In this document: positions 30,526 through 40,691 of the stretch, in pieces
Position numbering within the stretch: the first letter of the stretch is position 1
Layout of the letters: every line of letters begins with the position of its first letter
Assembly: GCA_024641505.1 (NCBI GenBank)
Contig: JAHECY010000005.1
Location: forward strand, 11,502-75,501
Reading direction: 5' to 3'
Source: Gammaproteobacteria bacterium
GTDB taxonomy: Bacteria > Pseudomonadota > Gammaproteobacteria > SG8-11
DNA length: 64,000 bases
Program-made: the position numbers and the translations under genes
The notes under the pieces: generated by a model
Seen by the model: the letters and a program-made list of their open reading frames with translations, nothing else
Databases searched by the model: none
What the model was told of the DNA's origin: nothing

Positions 30526-32541
30526 TTATCGGACGGCACCGGATTCACGACGCAGCAACAGGTTCCCCTGCGTATCGCGCCGGCAGCGCCAGCCGGACTC
30601 GACGAGGGTAGTGGCCACCGGCTCGGTAACCAGCAGCGGCCCGCTGATTTCGGACGACGGCACGGCATTACGCTCATATACCGGTACCGGGCGGGTGTGG
30701 CCATGAAGCTGTGTGTAAGCCGCCGGACCGGCACCTGTGACCAGCGCATCGTCCGCTTCATGATGAAACCGTATTGACGGGCGATGGCCTGATAAGCGCA
30801 ATCGCACGTTGACCAACTCCACCGGCAAATCGAGATCATGGCCATAACGCCTGCGATGCAGCTCATGGAACAATGTCGCGCTATCATTCAGCCCCTGCCA
30901 CGGCACATTCAGACAATACGTCTGCCCCTGGTAGCGCAAATCCAGACTCGAGCGCACCTGCAATTCCGACTCGCGCACACCTTCGCTCGCCAGCTCGGGT
31001 TGCGCTTGCCGCCTCAGCGACAGCATGAGGTCTTCGATCCGAGCCTCGGTCGTGGCACTCAACAAACCGCCCACGGTGAGCGACAACTCGCGCGCAGGCG
31101 GCGCCACCAGCATGCCCAGCGCCGACAGCACACCGCTGTGCAAGGGCACGATGGCCTGGCGCATTTCCAACGCATCCGCCAGCGCGCACACATGCAGGCC
31201 GCCGGCGCCACCGAAACATACCAACGCCATGGTGCGCGGGTCGGCGCCGCGCTGCACGGAGATAACACGCAACGCCCGCGCCATGTGTTCATTGGCCAGT
31301 TGCACCACACCCAGTGCCGCCTGATGCACGGTCATCGCCAATTGCTCCGCGAGCAACGCCACCGCCCCATGGGCTTGCGCCACATCCAGCACCATGCGTC
31401 CTCCGAGAAAACGATCCGGTAACAACCTTCCCAACACCAGATTGGCATCGGTAACCGTTACCTGGGTACCGCCCTGGCCGTAACAGGCCGGCCCCGGTGA
31501 CGCCCCCGCCGATGCCGGCCCCACTTGCAACATGCCACCCGCGTCCACGCTGGCAATGGAACCGCCACCGGCACCTATGGTATGCATATCCACCATGGGT
31601 ACCGCGACCGGATAAGGACCGATATGGCCCTCACTGGTGAGTTGCAACTCGCCGTCGATTAATGCCACGTCCGTCGAGGTGCCACCCATATCGAAACTCA
31701 ACACGCGCCTCTGACCCGATAACGCCGCCATATGACGCGCCCCGGCAAGACCACCGGCCGGACCGGATAACAGCAGGCGCACCGCGTGGCGGCCGGCTTG
31801 CCGCGCATCCATGGTGCCGCCGGTACTTTGCATCACCGCCAGCGAGACATGGGGCAGCTCCGCTTGCAGGTGCGCCAGGTACCGGGCCATAACCGGCCCG
31901 ATCCAGGCGTTGAGCCAGGTGGCGATGCCACGCTCATATTCCCGGTATTCGGGCAGCACCTCCGACGCACGGCTGATGAAAATATCATCCCCCAGCGCCG
32001 CCGCCAGCGTCTGTTCATGCCGTGCGTCCAAAAACGAAAATAACAGATTGATCGCCACCGCTTCCGGCCGTAACCGTGCCACCGCGGCCCGTACCGCCGA
32101 CACATCATCGGCAGTCAACGCCGTGATCTGCGCGCCATTCGCCCCGATACGCGCGCCCACTTCCACGCACAAGTCCCCGGGTACCGGTGGTATAACCGCG
32201 GCAGGCTCTAATTGATAAAGATGGCGCCGCGCCTGACGGCCCAGGGTCAAAACATCTTTAAATCCACGGTTGGCCACATACAGCGTACGCACGCCTTTGC
32301 CTTCCAATACCGCATTGGTGGCAACCGTGGAGCCATGAACAATATATAAATGGGCGCCGTGGCCGTCCAAACCCAACTCGTTGATACCTTGCAGAATGGC
32401 CCGGGCGGGATCGGCAGGCGTGGACAATACCTTATGAATGCGTACCGTGCGACCATCAAAAACCACGAAATCAGTGAATGTTCCTCCGGTATCGACACCC
32501 AGGAATACCCCTGACAATGGACTACTGCTCTCATCGTTCAT
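30526..32541 (-). CDS. Hydantoinase A / oxoprolinase family protein
   Basis: GVDTGGTFTD, LSGPAGG, DMGGTSTDV, GAGGGSI and GPASAGASPGPACYG. Start moved from 32688 to ATG 32541. Confidence 0.92.
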   Translation of the reverse strand: MNDESSSPLSGVFLGVDTGGTFTDFVVFDGRTVRIHKVLSTPADPARAILQGINELGLDGHGAHLYIVHGSTVATNAVLEGKGVRTLYVANRGFKDVLTLGRQARRHLYQLEPAAVIPPVPGDLCVEVGARIGANGAQITALTADDVSAVRAAVARLRPEAVAINLLFSFLDARHEQTLAAALGDDIFISRASEVLPEYREYERGIATWLNAWIGPVMARYLAHLQAELPHVSLAVMQSTGGTMDARQAGRHAVRLLLSGPAGGLAGARHMAALSGQRRVLSFDMGGTSTDVALIDGELQLTSEGHIGPYPVAVPMVDMHTIGAGGGSIASVDAGGMLQVGPASAGASPGPACYGQGGTQVTVTDANLVLGRLLPDRFLGGRMVLDVAQAHGAVALLAEQLAMTVHQAALGVVQLANEHMARALRVISVQRGADPRTMALVCFGGAGGLHVCALADALEMRQAIVPLHSGVLSALGMLVAPPARELSLTVGGLLSATTEARIEDLMLSLRRQAQPELASEGVRESELQVRSSLDLRYQGQTYCLNVPWQGLNDSATLFHELHRRRYGHDLDLPVELVNVRLRLSGHRPSIRFHHEADDALVTGAGPAAYTQLHGHTRPVPVYERNAVPSSEISGPLLVTEPVATTLVESGWRCRRDTQGNLLLRRESGAVR

Positions 32542-32853
32542 ATAAAATCCAGAATATAGCGCCTCGCTGATCATCATGTGCTCAGAATATGGCCACCGCG
32601 CAATCCTCTCTTGCCAGCCGTCCCGGCATTTCAGAGAATGCAGTTTAACAAGTAAAGGAACGCCTGGTCCGACCGAGACCGCTGCCACGCTCCATTGTCA
32701 CCTGGCCACCGGTGATCGCAAGCCGGTGTAGGTTAAATGTAAGGCGTAACGGCTATAATCCCCCGATCATTTAGGGAATTTAATTTACTCAACCATTACG
32801 ATGCCATGATCAGACAACGACTCACTACCCGGTTTTTCAGCACCATCACCTCG

Positions 32854-35439
32854 ATGGTCCACCGCTACAGCCACCTGGCCGCAAGCTTGATGGTGGCGAC
32901 CCTGCTGCTCAACGCGTGCGCCAATCAAGACGGCCATAGCGCGAACCAAGGTGAACGGATAATGCTGCCCGCCAGCACCCAGGTCCTGGGCTACTTGAAA
33001 AAAGGTGAAAACTTCTTTATCCGGCTGATTCTCGACGGCAACAGGGATACGGCGACACTCTTTACCGACTTATCCGTTGACGGCAATGAAATTTCCGGCA
33101 ACCTCAGGCTACAGGTACATCAGGGTAATCATTCATTCCAGCTGGAATACTTCGTCATCCTGGACGATGCTGAAATCATCATCGCCACCTCCAAGCTGAA
33201 AGAGTACTCCATCAACCCCGGCTCTACGAATGTCATCAACTTCATCGACGACAGCGACGCACTGAATCGGGGCCTGGATTACGATAGCCACGACGAAGAC
33301 CAGGATGGCCGTTCCAACATCGATGAAATCAACAATCACTGGAATCCCAAAAAAGCCAATCCCCCGCAACCGCAGAATGTGCACGTCACGCCCCAGGACC
33401 GTAACATTCTTTTAACCTGGGACGCCGTTGATAATGCCCTCGATTACACCGTGTACATGGCCTCGGAACCGAACGTGACCGTCGCGAATTACAACATCAA
33501 AGCCCGGGGTATGACCCATCCCGGCAGGACCGAACTCTCGTTTCAGCATCCGGACGCGCTGGAAAACGATGTGACCTATTATTTTGTGGTGACCGCGCGC
33601 AATGAATTTGGCGAGAGCCTGGAATCGGCGGAAGTCGCGACCACTCCGCAACCCATCGGCAGCACCGTGCCGGCAGCGCCCGCGGACGTCACCGGCAGAC
33701 CACTGGATGGTAACGTCGAACTTACCTGGACGGCGGTTACGGGTGCGACCTCTTATGTCGTTTATATGGCATCAACAACCGGTGTCACCAAAACCACCTA
33801 TGCGGAACTGAATGGTATGGCTCACACCCTCACCGCGCCGCCCTGGAACCACCCGGCACCCGGCCTGGCCAACGGTACCACCTGGTACTTCGTGGTCGCT
33901 GCCGTGAACGCTGCCGGCGAAAGCGGGGCATCCAACGAAGTCCGCATCGACGTGCACCCTCCCGCGGCGGCACCATCCGCACCGCGCAACCTGTCGCTGT
34001 CCACTGGCGACGGCCAAGCCATGGTGTCATGGAGTCCACCGCCGGAGCCGCTGGCCAGCTATGCGGTTTATTACCGCAACCAGCCGGGCGTCACCAAGGC
34101 CAACAGCACCCGGATCACCGTGGGTAACGCCAGTGTCACCAGCCTGCTGCTGCCGCCCCTCACCAACGGTAAAACTTACTACGTGGCAGCCAGCGCCAGC
34201 AACAGCGACGGCGCGGAGAGCGGGCTTTCCACGGAGGTCATGGGCACACCCCTGGCACCATGGCAGGAAAAGAACATTGATGCGGCTTTGATCGGCTCCA
34301 AATCCGAATCCGGGTCAAGTTTCACGATTATCGGCGGCGGTACGGACATCTGGGACAACACAGATGAATTCTTCTATGTCTACCAATCGTTGCCCAACAA
34401 CCGCATGATCACCGCCAAAATCACCAGTCAAACGGTCAGTCATCCCTGGGCCAAGGCGGGCCTGATGATTCGCCAGTCTCTGACCGGCAACAGTAAGTAC
34501 GCCATGGTGCTGCAGACCGCGCAGAACGGTATCGGCCTGGACTACCGTGCGGAACCCGGCGCCGTGTCCCAGCATGTAACCGGCGAGCCCGGTACTTTAC
34601 CGCGCTGGCTGCGTCTGATCCGGTATGGCAACAACATCGAGGCCCAGAAATCCGATAACGGCACGACCTGGCGCTTATTCGGCGTCATCTCCTATCCCGT
34701 ATTCAGCGACCCGTTGCTGGTCGGCATGGCGGTGACTTCTCATGATGCGACCCAGACGAGCACCGCGGCATTCGAAAATGTCACCATCACGGACGCCAGC
34801 GACCTGAATATCCAGTTGCCGCAGAACCCTACCGACATGACCAATAAATTGCCGTTATCCCAGAACAGCGGGCTCGCCAATCGGTTTTACGTGGTCCACA
34901 ACCTGACCGCCAACACCAAATACTCGGTGGAAGCACGCAATCCCTCCGAAGATGTCGATATCATGGCTTATGATAAAACGACGGGTGACCTGATCTGCGG
35001 TTCGTTTATCGATGGCACGGTGAGCGACTCCTGCGTCGCCACCGCCGACGCTGGCGGCGATATTTACCTGCGCACCAACGGCTCCAATGCCGCGACCGCG
35101 GGCGGTAACTACACGCTCAATGTCGTGCCTTACAATCCCAGCGTCGTCGCTCTGGGAACCACGGTGTCGCACCAAATCGATCACACCTTCAAATATTATG
35201 AGGTGCGCGGTGTTACCCCGGGCACGCTTTACACCATCAACATCAGCAACCTGTCGGATGACGTAGATCTCTACATCTATGCCGACGAGTTTAAATCCAT
35301 GCAGTATTATCAGGTCAAAACCGGCACCACCGTGGAAAAGTCCGGTCTTATCGCCCGCAGCAATACACTTTATTTTCGCATTGACGGTTCGAATATCGGC
35401 GGCGCCACTGCAACTTATGATCTTTTGGTGCAACCCTAG
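32854..35439 (+). CDS. Large lipoprotein: FN3 repeats, ConA-like (DUF1349-type) module and PPC-like repeats
   Basis: Lipobox LLLNAC; Ca-binding-like DEDQDGRSNIDE; three FN3 repeats (W...Y.VY...YYFVV.A.N..GES); GTDIWDNTDEF...WAKAGLMIR module; two YxxEV...DVD(I/L)Y repeats. Start moved to ATG 32854. Confidence 0.7.
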   Translation: MVHRYSHLAASLMVATLLLNACANQDGHSANQGERIMLPASTQVLGYLKKGENFFIRLILDGNRDTATLFTDLSVDGNEISGNLRLQVHQGNHSFQLEYFVILDDAEIIIATSKLKEYSINPGSTNVINFIDDSDALNRGLDYDSHDEDQDGRSNIDEINNHWNPKKANPPQPQNVHVTPQDRNILLTWDAVDNALDYTVYMASEPNVTVANYNIKARGMTHPGRTELSFQHPDALENDVTYYFVVTARNEFGESLESAEVATTPQPIGSTVPAAPADVTGRPLDGNVELTWTAVTGATSYVVYMASTTGVTKTTYAELNGMAHTLTAPPWNHPAPGLANGTTWYFVVAAVNAAGESGASNEVRIDVHPPAAAPSAPRNLSLSTGDGQAMVSWSPPPEPLASYAVYYRNQPGVTKANSTRITVGNASVTSLLLPPLTNGKTYYVAASASNSDGAESGLSTEVMGTPLAPWQEKNIDAALIGSKSESGSSFTIIGGGTDIWDNTDEFFYVYQSLPNNRMITAKITSQTVSHPWAKAGLMIRQSLTGNSKYAMVLQTAQNGIGLDYRAEPGAVSQHVTGEPGTLPRWLRLIRYGNNIEAQKSDNGTTWRLFGVISYPVFSDPLLVGMAVTSHDATQTSTAAFENVTITDASDLNIQLPQNPTDMTNKLPLSQNSGLANRFYVVHNLTANTKYSVEARNPSEDVDIMAYDKTTGDLICGSFIDGTVSDSCVATADAGGDIYLRTNGSNAATAGGNYTLNVVPYNPSVVALGTTVSHQIDHTFKYYEVRGVTPGTLYTINISNLSDDVDLYIYADEFKSMQYYQVKTGTTVEKSGLIARSNTLYFRIDGSNIGGATATYDLLVQP

Positions 35440-35541
35440 CGCATAATGGCCGCGGGTAGGCCGTCGTTAATCGTTGTCAGGGAGCGCTGACAGCGCCCGG
35501 CACCTCGCGCTTAGCGCACTGCCGACAAGCTCCCGCAAACG

Positions 35542-36684
35542 TCACCACCGGTGCGCGGACTCCATGGCCGATGCATAAAACGCCACCTGGTTGCGACCGC
35601 GCGCTTTCGCCTGGTAGAGCGCCTGATCCGCTCTATTGATTATCGTATCCACGGTATCCCCGGGTTGCGCGTGGTACAGCCCCAAACTGATGGTAATTGA
35701 AATACGTTGTTCCCGAATATTGATCGGCGTGCTCGCGACACGCTGCACGATACGCAGGGCAATGTCCCGTGCGATTTCCGGTTCAGTGGCGACAAACAGC
35801 ACCATAAACTCCTCACCGCCGTAGCGACTTACCGAATCCTGGCGCCGCACGGTGGCTTTCAACCGCCCGGCTACATCGCGCAACACCACGTCACCCACCT
35901 GATGTCCGTAGTTATCATTGATTTGCTTGAAATGATCAAGATCCGCCATGATCAGGCACAGGGACGCACCACTGTTCGAGGTATCCTCCCAAGCCGCCGC
36001 CAGGCGCTCCATGCCGCATTCATGGTTACATAAACCGGTAAGGGAGTCGGTATTGGCCAGCAGCCGCAAGTAGTCGTCTTCCCGACGCAGGAAATTGATG
36101 GAATCATGCAACCGATTCATATTGACGGTATGATAGGTCTGCGCCGCCAGCGACATATCCAGCGTCATTATCTTTCGGATAAATCTGTAGAGAACGTCCC
36201 GCAATACGGGATCCGTGCGCCGGCTGTCGCTGATAACATTGTATATGGCCTGCTCAAGAAGCCGGGAAGCCTGAAGATACAAGCTCAACGGCACACCCAC
36301 CCGGGCGTGGACCATTCCCACCCGCAAGCGATTCTCGAAATACTCCAGAGTGTCGAAATTCCCGCCGAGGGACAGCACATACGCCGCCTGCATGACACGC
36401 AAGCGCTGCAAGGTAGCATCATCGGTGATATATTTGCTGGCGGGCGTAATTTGCAGCAGCTTGCTGTAAAATTCACCAACTATTCGGTCAACGTTCGGCG
36501 CAATGACTTCCGAGTGCAGGATTTCCGACAATTCCCTGTCGGTAGCTTCCAGCTCCAATGCCGTCAGACAGGCCTGGATCGACCCATTGTCAAAACCAAA
36601 GAGTTCACAGTTGCTTAATGTCATGTTGTTAGTCGAACTCGCATTGACCTTTGCACCGATACCTCTATCATAAGCGACAATCAA
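35542..36684 (-). CDS. Globin-coupled diguanylate cyclase (protoglobin plus GGDEF; DosC/YddV-like architecture)
   Basis: IVGEFYSKL and RVGMVHARVGV sensor-globin motifs; DSLTGLCN, ADLDHFKQINDNYGHQVGD and RRQDSVSRYGGEEF; start may be ATG 36624. Confidence 0.85.
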   Translation of the reverse strand: MIVAYDRGIGAKVNASSTNNMTLSNCELFGFDNGSIQACLTALELEATDRELSEILHSEVIAPNVDRIVGEFYSKLLQITPASKYITDDATLQRLRVMQAAYVLSLGGNFDTLEYFENRLRVGMVHARVGVPLSLYLQASRLLEQAIYNVISDSRRTDPVLRDVLYRFIRKIMTLDMSLAAQTYHTVNMNRLHDSINFLRREDDYLRLLANTDSLTGLCNHECGMERLAAAWEDTSNSGASLCLIMADLDHFKQINDNYGHQVGDVVLRDVAGRLKATVRRQDSVSRYGGEEFMVLFVATEPEIARDIALRIVQRVASTPINIREQRISITISLGLYHAQPGDTVDTIINRADQALYQAKARGRNQVAFYASAMESAHRW

Positions 36685-36711
36685 AGCCTGACGGTAATTT
36701 CCGGAAAATCT

Positions 36712-37674
36712 ATGTCATCTGAACAGGTTCTTGTCAAACTCGAGCAGGTATCTCGCTACTACGGCACACACACGGCCGTTGATAGTATCAGCTTTGAAGT
36801 AAGACGCGGCGAAGTATTGGGGTTTCTCGGCCCCAATGGCGCCGGCAAATCCACCACCATGCAGATATTGACCGGGAATCTCGCCCCCAGCGCGGGCCTA
36901 ATCCTCATCAACGACATTGATATCTTGGATCAACCAAAAGCGGCTAAAGCCCATATCGGGTACCTGCCGGAACAACCGCCCCTGTATCGGGAACTGACGG
37001 TGCTGGAATATCTCGATTACTGTGCGCGCCTGAACCGGATCCCCAAAAACCAGATTAACAGCGCAGTCGATAAAGCCATAGAACGCTGCGCCCTGGGCGA
37101 GGTTCGGACGCGCCTGATCAGCAATTTATCCAAAGGATTTCAACAGCGCGTGGGTATCGCCCAGGCGATTATTCATACACCGGCCATCGTCGTCCTCGAC
37201 GAACCCACTGTCGGCCTGGACCCCATACAAATCCGCGAGATCCGCAACTTAATCAAGGAAATTGGTGACGATCACAGCGTGATACTCTCCACGCATATTT
37301 TGCAGGAAGTACAATCAGTGTGCGACCGCGTGCAAATCATCAGCCGCGGTAAATTGGTGTACGCCGATACCATTGCCGGATTGCGTACCCACATCGACAC
37401 CACTGCCATCATCGTGCGCCTGGAAATGCCACCCGAAAGTAAAATTTTGCAAGCCCTTCCCGGCGTCCAGGACGTGCGTGAACTGTCCGCGAAAAAATTC
37501 CGGCTGCAATACGGGGAGACCAATCCCACGGAAGCGCTGCTGGCCGCGGCAGTCACCAACCGCTGGCAGTTGACGGAACTCTACCCGGACCGCTTGAGTC
37601 TGGAAGACGTATTCATGGAAATGACCGCGACCGACCATACCAGTGGCACCGCGATGCAGGAGCTAACGCCATGA
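36712..37674 (+). CDS. ABC transporter ATP-binding protein (GldA-like)
   Basis: GPNGAGKSTTM, LSKGFQQRVGIAQA, LDEPTVGLDP and ILSTH. Confidence 0.92.
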   Translation: MSSEQVLVKLEQVSRYYGTHTAVDSISFEVRRGEVLGFLGPNGAGKSTTMQILTGNLAPSAGLILINDIDILDQPKAAKAHIGYLPEQPPLYRELTVLEYLDYCARLNRIPKNQINSAVDKAIERCALGEVRTRLISNLSKGFQQRVGIAQAIIHTPAIVVLDEPTVGLDPIQIREIRNLIKEIGDDHSVILSTHILQEVQSVCDRVQIISRGKLVYADTIAGLRTHIDTTAIIVRLEMPPESKILQALPGVQDVRELSAKKFRLQYGETNPTEALLAAAVTNRWQLTELYPDRLSLEDVFMEMTATDHTSGTAMQELTP

Positions 37675-38423
37675 TCTTCACCATCGCCTCCCGGGAACTG
37701 CGCAGCCTGTTTTTTTCGCCCCTGGCCTGGGTCATGCTGGCTATCGTCCAGCTATTGATGTCCTACTTCTTCCTCATCTATATCGAACGCTACACCCAGA
37801 TGCAATCGAGCCTGGCGCAAATGGCCAACGCGCCCGGTGTCACCGAAGTGATCGTGGCGCCGTTTTTTGATACCGTCTCGGTAATTTTACTGCTGGTGAT
37901 GCCGATCATTACCATGCGCCTGCTCAGTGAAGAATACCGCAACCAGACGCTGCCCTTGCTGTTCAGTGCGCCGGTGTCCATGACCGAAATCGTACTGGGA
38001 AAATACTGTGGTATCCTGTGTTTTCTCGGTTTAATGGTGTTGTTGTTATGCGCGATGCCGTTGTCGCTGGCACTCGGCACCACCCTCGACGCGGGCCTGT
38101 TGCTGGCCAACATTATTGGCCTGCTGCTGCTGGTGGCGGCCTTTGCCGCGGTCGGGTTGTATATCTCCGCGTTGACTGCGCAACCGACGATCGCCGCGGT
38201 GGGCACCTTTGGCGCACTGTTGCTGTTGTGGATCATCGACGCCGCGGCCACCACCGGCAGCGACGGCACCAGCGTGTTGACCTACCTCTCGATACTGAAA
38301 CACTACCAGAGCTTTCTACGCGGTGTCTTCAACTCCACTGACGCCCTGTACTACCTGCTGTTCATCGCCACTTTCATCGTACTGGGAATTCGCCGCCTTG
38401 ATTCCCACCGGCTGCAGGATTAA
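37671..38423 (+). CDS. ABC transporter permease (GldF-like)
   Basis: RELRSLFFSPLAW, TMRLLSEE and EIVLGKY; six TM helices. Confidence 0.9.
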   Translation: MIFTIASRELRSLFFSPLAWVMLAIVQLLMSYFFLIYIERYTQMQSSLAQMANAPGVTEVIVAPFFDTVSVILLLVMPIITMRLLSEEYRNQTLPLLFSAPVSMTEIVLGKYCGILCFLGLMVLLLCAMPLSLALGTTLDAGLLLANIIGLLLLVAAFAAVGLYISALTAQPTIAAVGTFGALLLLWIIDAAATTGSDGTSVLTYLSILKHYQSFLRGVFNSTDALYYLLFIATFIVLGIRRLDSHRLQD

Positions 38424-38428
38424 CGTCT

Positions 38429-39793
38429 ATGCGCATCAACGCCCGTTACCGCACCCACCTCAAGGCCCAAAACGCTTCATTCGTGATCCTGTTTCTGGCC
38501 GTGGTTTTTCTGCTGGCGTGGTTCAGCCGTCAATACAGCGCGGAGTGGGACTGGAGCAGCAGCAGTCGCAACACTCTTTCGGTGGCCAGCACCCAGTTGC
38601 TGGACACCATCGACGGCACCATTACCATCACCGCTTACGCCACGGAAAATGCCCAATTGCGTCAGGGCATCACGGAACTGGTCGGGCGATACCAACGGGT
38701 GAAGCCCGGTATCGCGCTGATTTTCGTCAATCCGGAAAAGGAACCGGACCAGACCCGTGAACAAGGCATCAAGCTGGACGGTGAGCTGCTGCTCGCTCTT
38801 GGCACGCGCAGTGAGCACATCAGCACACTCAACGAAGAAACCATCAGCAACGCCCTGCAACGCCTGGCCCGCGACGCAAACCATTGGGTAGTGTTCGTCG
38901 AAGGTCATGGAGAACGCAAACCACGCGGTATCGCCAATCATGATCTGCAGACCTTCACCAATCACCTGGAACAGAAGGGTTTTAAAATACAATCGATAAA
39001 TCTGGCCCAAACACCCGCCATTCCCACCAATACCAAGGTGCTGGTCGTCGCCAGCCCCCAAAGCGCGTATCTGCCGGGTGAAGTCGCATTGCTGCAGCAG
39101 TTCATCACCGACGGCGGCAATCTGTTGTGGTTGCTGGAACCCGGTCCGACGCTGCAAAACCTGGAACCCGTGGCGGAACAACTCGGCATCGAGCGCTTCC
39201 CCGGTACTGTGGTCGATCCCACCACTCAATTATTTGGTCTGCAGGACCCCCGCTTTGCCCTGGTCAGTGAATACCCGCCCCACGCCATCACCCGGGATTT
39301 CGAACTCATCACTTTGTTTCCTCAGGCCGTTGCGCTTGACATAATCGAAAAAGAAGGCTGGCGTAAGGATGCGTTTCTCACCACCGTTGACCGCGCCTGG
39401 TCGGAAACCGGACCCTTGAAAGACCAAATTGAGTTCACCACCGGCAGCGATATCCCCGGCCCGCTGAATATCGGCGCCGCCCTGCAGCGTGATGTCGACA
39501 GCGTGGCCCAAGGCAATGTCAAGGAACAACGGATTGTGGTGATCGGAGACGGGGATTTCCTCACCAATACTTACCTGGGCAATAGCGGCAACCTTGACCT
39601 GGGCCTGCACATCTTCAACTGGCTGAGTGCGGACGATAACCTGATCAGCATTCCCGCGCTGACCCGAGGCGATACCAAGCTGGAACTGGCGCAAAGCAGC
39701 CAATATCTCATCGGCTTCGGATTTCTGATCGCCCTGCCCCTGCTGCTCGCCGGCGCCGGCATCAGCATCTGGTTACGGCGCCGCAAACAGTGA
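38429..39793 (+). CDS. GldG-family ABC auxiliary protein (GIFT domain)
   Basis: WDWSSSSRNTLS, FVNPEKEP, FVEGHGER and IVVIGDGDFLTN; TM at both ends. Confidence 0.88.
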   Translation: MRINARYRTHLKAQNASFVILFLAVVFLLAWFSRQYSAEWDWSSSSRNTLSVASTQLLDTIDGTITITAYATENAQLRQGITELVGRYQRVKPGIALIFVNPEKEPDQTREQGIKLDGELLLALGTRSEHISTLNEETISNALQRLARDANHWVVFVEGHGERKPRGIANHDLQTFTNHLEQKGFKIQSINLAQTPAIPTNTKVLVVASPQSAYLPGEVALLQQFITDGGNLLWLLEPGPTLQNLEPVAEQLGIERFPGTVVDPTTQLFGLQDPRFALVSEYPPHAITRDFELITLFPQAVALDIIEKEGWRKDAFLTTVDRAWSETGPLKDQIEFTTGSDIPGPLNIGAALQRDVDSVAQGNVKEQRIVVIGDGDFLTNTYLGNSGNLDLGLHIFNWLSADDNLISIPALTRGDTKLELAQSSQYLIGFGFLIALPLLLAGAGISIWLRRRKQ

Positions 39794-39803
39794 TGGCCGG
39801 GCC

Positions 39804-40640
39804 ATGAATACCCGCAACCTGCTCAATATTTCGCTGCTGATCGTGGTTGTGCTGTTAGCCGTGATCGCCGTGTTTGCGCCCCAGAGCAAAACACCCCCGG
39901 CGGACTATTTGGTTACCGGTGACGCCGCGGCCGTTGACAAAATCAGCATCCGTCAAAATACCGATACCGTGAGCTTTCACAAACAGGATGCCCGTTGGTT
40001 CATGGACACTCCCTACCATACCCGGGCGAACGATGCGCGATTGGAAACGCTACTGGAAATCTTCACCACGCGCGCACTATCCCGTTTCAGCGCCGGCACC
40101 GATCTCGCCAAGTACGGTTTCGACGCGCAAACCGCCAGGGTAAGCTACAACGATATTGTCGTTCAGTTTGGCGATACGGAACCGTTGCAACACCGGCGTT
40201 ATGTGCTCTATCAAAACGAGATCGCGCTGATTGATGGTGACTTCAAATACTTGCTTACCCAGGCGCCGGAAAATTTCCTGTACCGAGGCCTAGTGCCGGA
40301 TCAGGCATTGCCGGTTTATTTCGCTCTGCCCGAACTGACCCTGGAACTGGACGCTGACAGCTGGCGCGTCACCGGCACCGGCATCTCCTACAGCCAGGAA
40401 CAAGTGACCGCGCTGGTGAACGAATGGCGCTACAGCCAGGCGCAGCGCATCTCCCGCGCGGCGCAGGACAAGACGGATAAGAGCATCGACATCCGCTTGG
40501 CTGACGGCAGCTCACGGCACTATTTATTAACGGTCAACGACCAGGAAACCCGCTTTATCGATCCGGCACTCGGCGTGCAATACCATTTCGGCAACGATAT
40601 CGCCAAACGTCTGCTGACGCCGGCCGCACCCAGCCCATAG
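39804..40640 (+). CDS. DUF4340 domain protein
   Basis: N-terminal TM, W.M..PY...A, LAKYGFD and FGDTEPL; typical fourth gene of this cluster. Confidence 0.75.
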   Translation: MNTRNLLNISLLIVVVLLAVIAVFAPQSKTPPADYLVTGDAAAVDKISIRQNTDTVSFHKQDARWFMDTPYHTRANDARLETLLEIFTTRALSRFSAGTDLAKYGFDAQTARVSYNDIVVQFGDTEPLQHRRYVLYQNEIALIDGDFKYLLTQAPENFLYRGLVPDQALPVYFALPELTLELDADSWRVTGTGISYSQEQVTALVNEWRYSQAQRISRAAQDKTDKSIDIRLADGSSRHYLLTVNDQETRFIDPALGVQYHFGNDIAKRLLTPAAPSP

Positions 40641-40659
40641 GGTGCGTAATACGCACCCT
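40637..40659 (+). repeat. REP-like palindrome between convergent genes
   Basis: (A)TAGGGTGCGTAATACGCACCCT has 10-bp perfect arms and resembles GTAG-type REPs; single copy in the window. Confidence 0.4.
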
Positions 40660-40691
40660 GCGCACGCACAGGATTCTTGTATATACACCGT

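Noticed and set aside
33300-34260. Tandem DNA repeats or a CRISPR-like array in the large lipoprotein gene
   Set aside because: The repetition is at protein level only (diverged FN3 domains); there are no identical nucleotide repeats with spacers.
36712-39793. Gliding motility machinery
   Set aside because: No GldK/L/M/N, SprA/SprB or other T9SS genes are present; GldAFG-like ABC modules are widespread in non-gliding bacteria.
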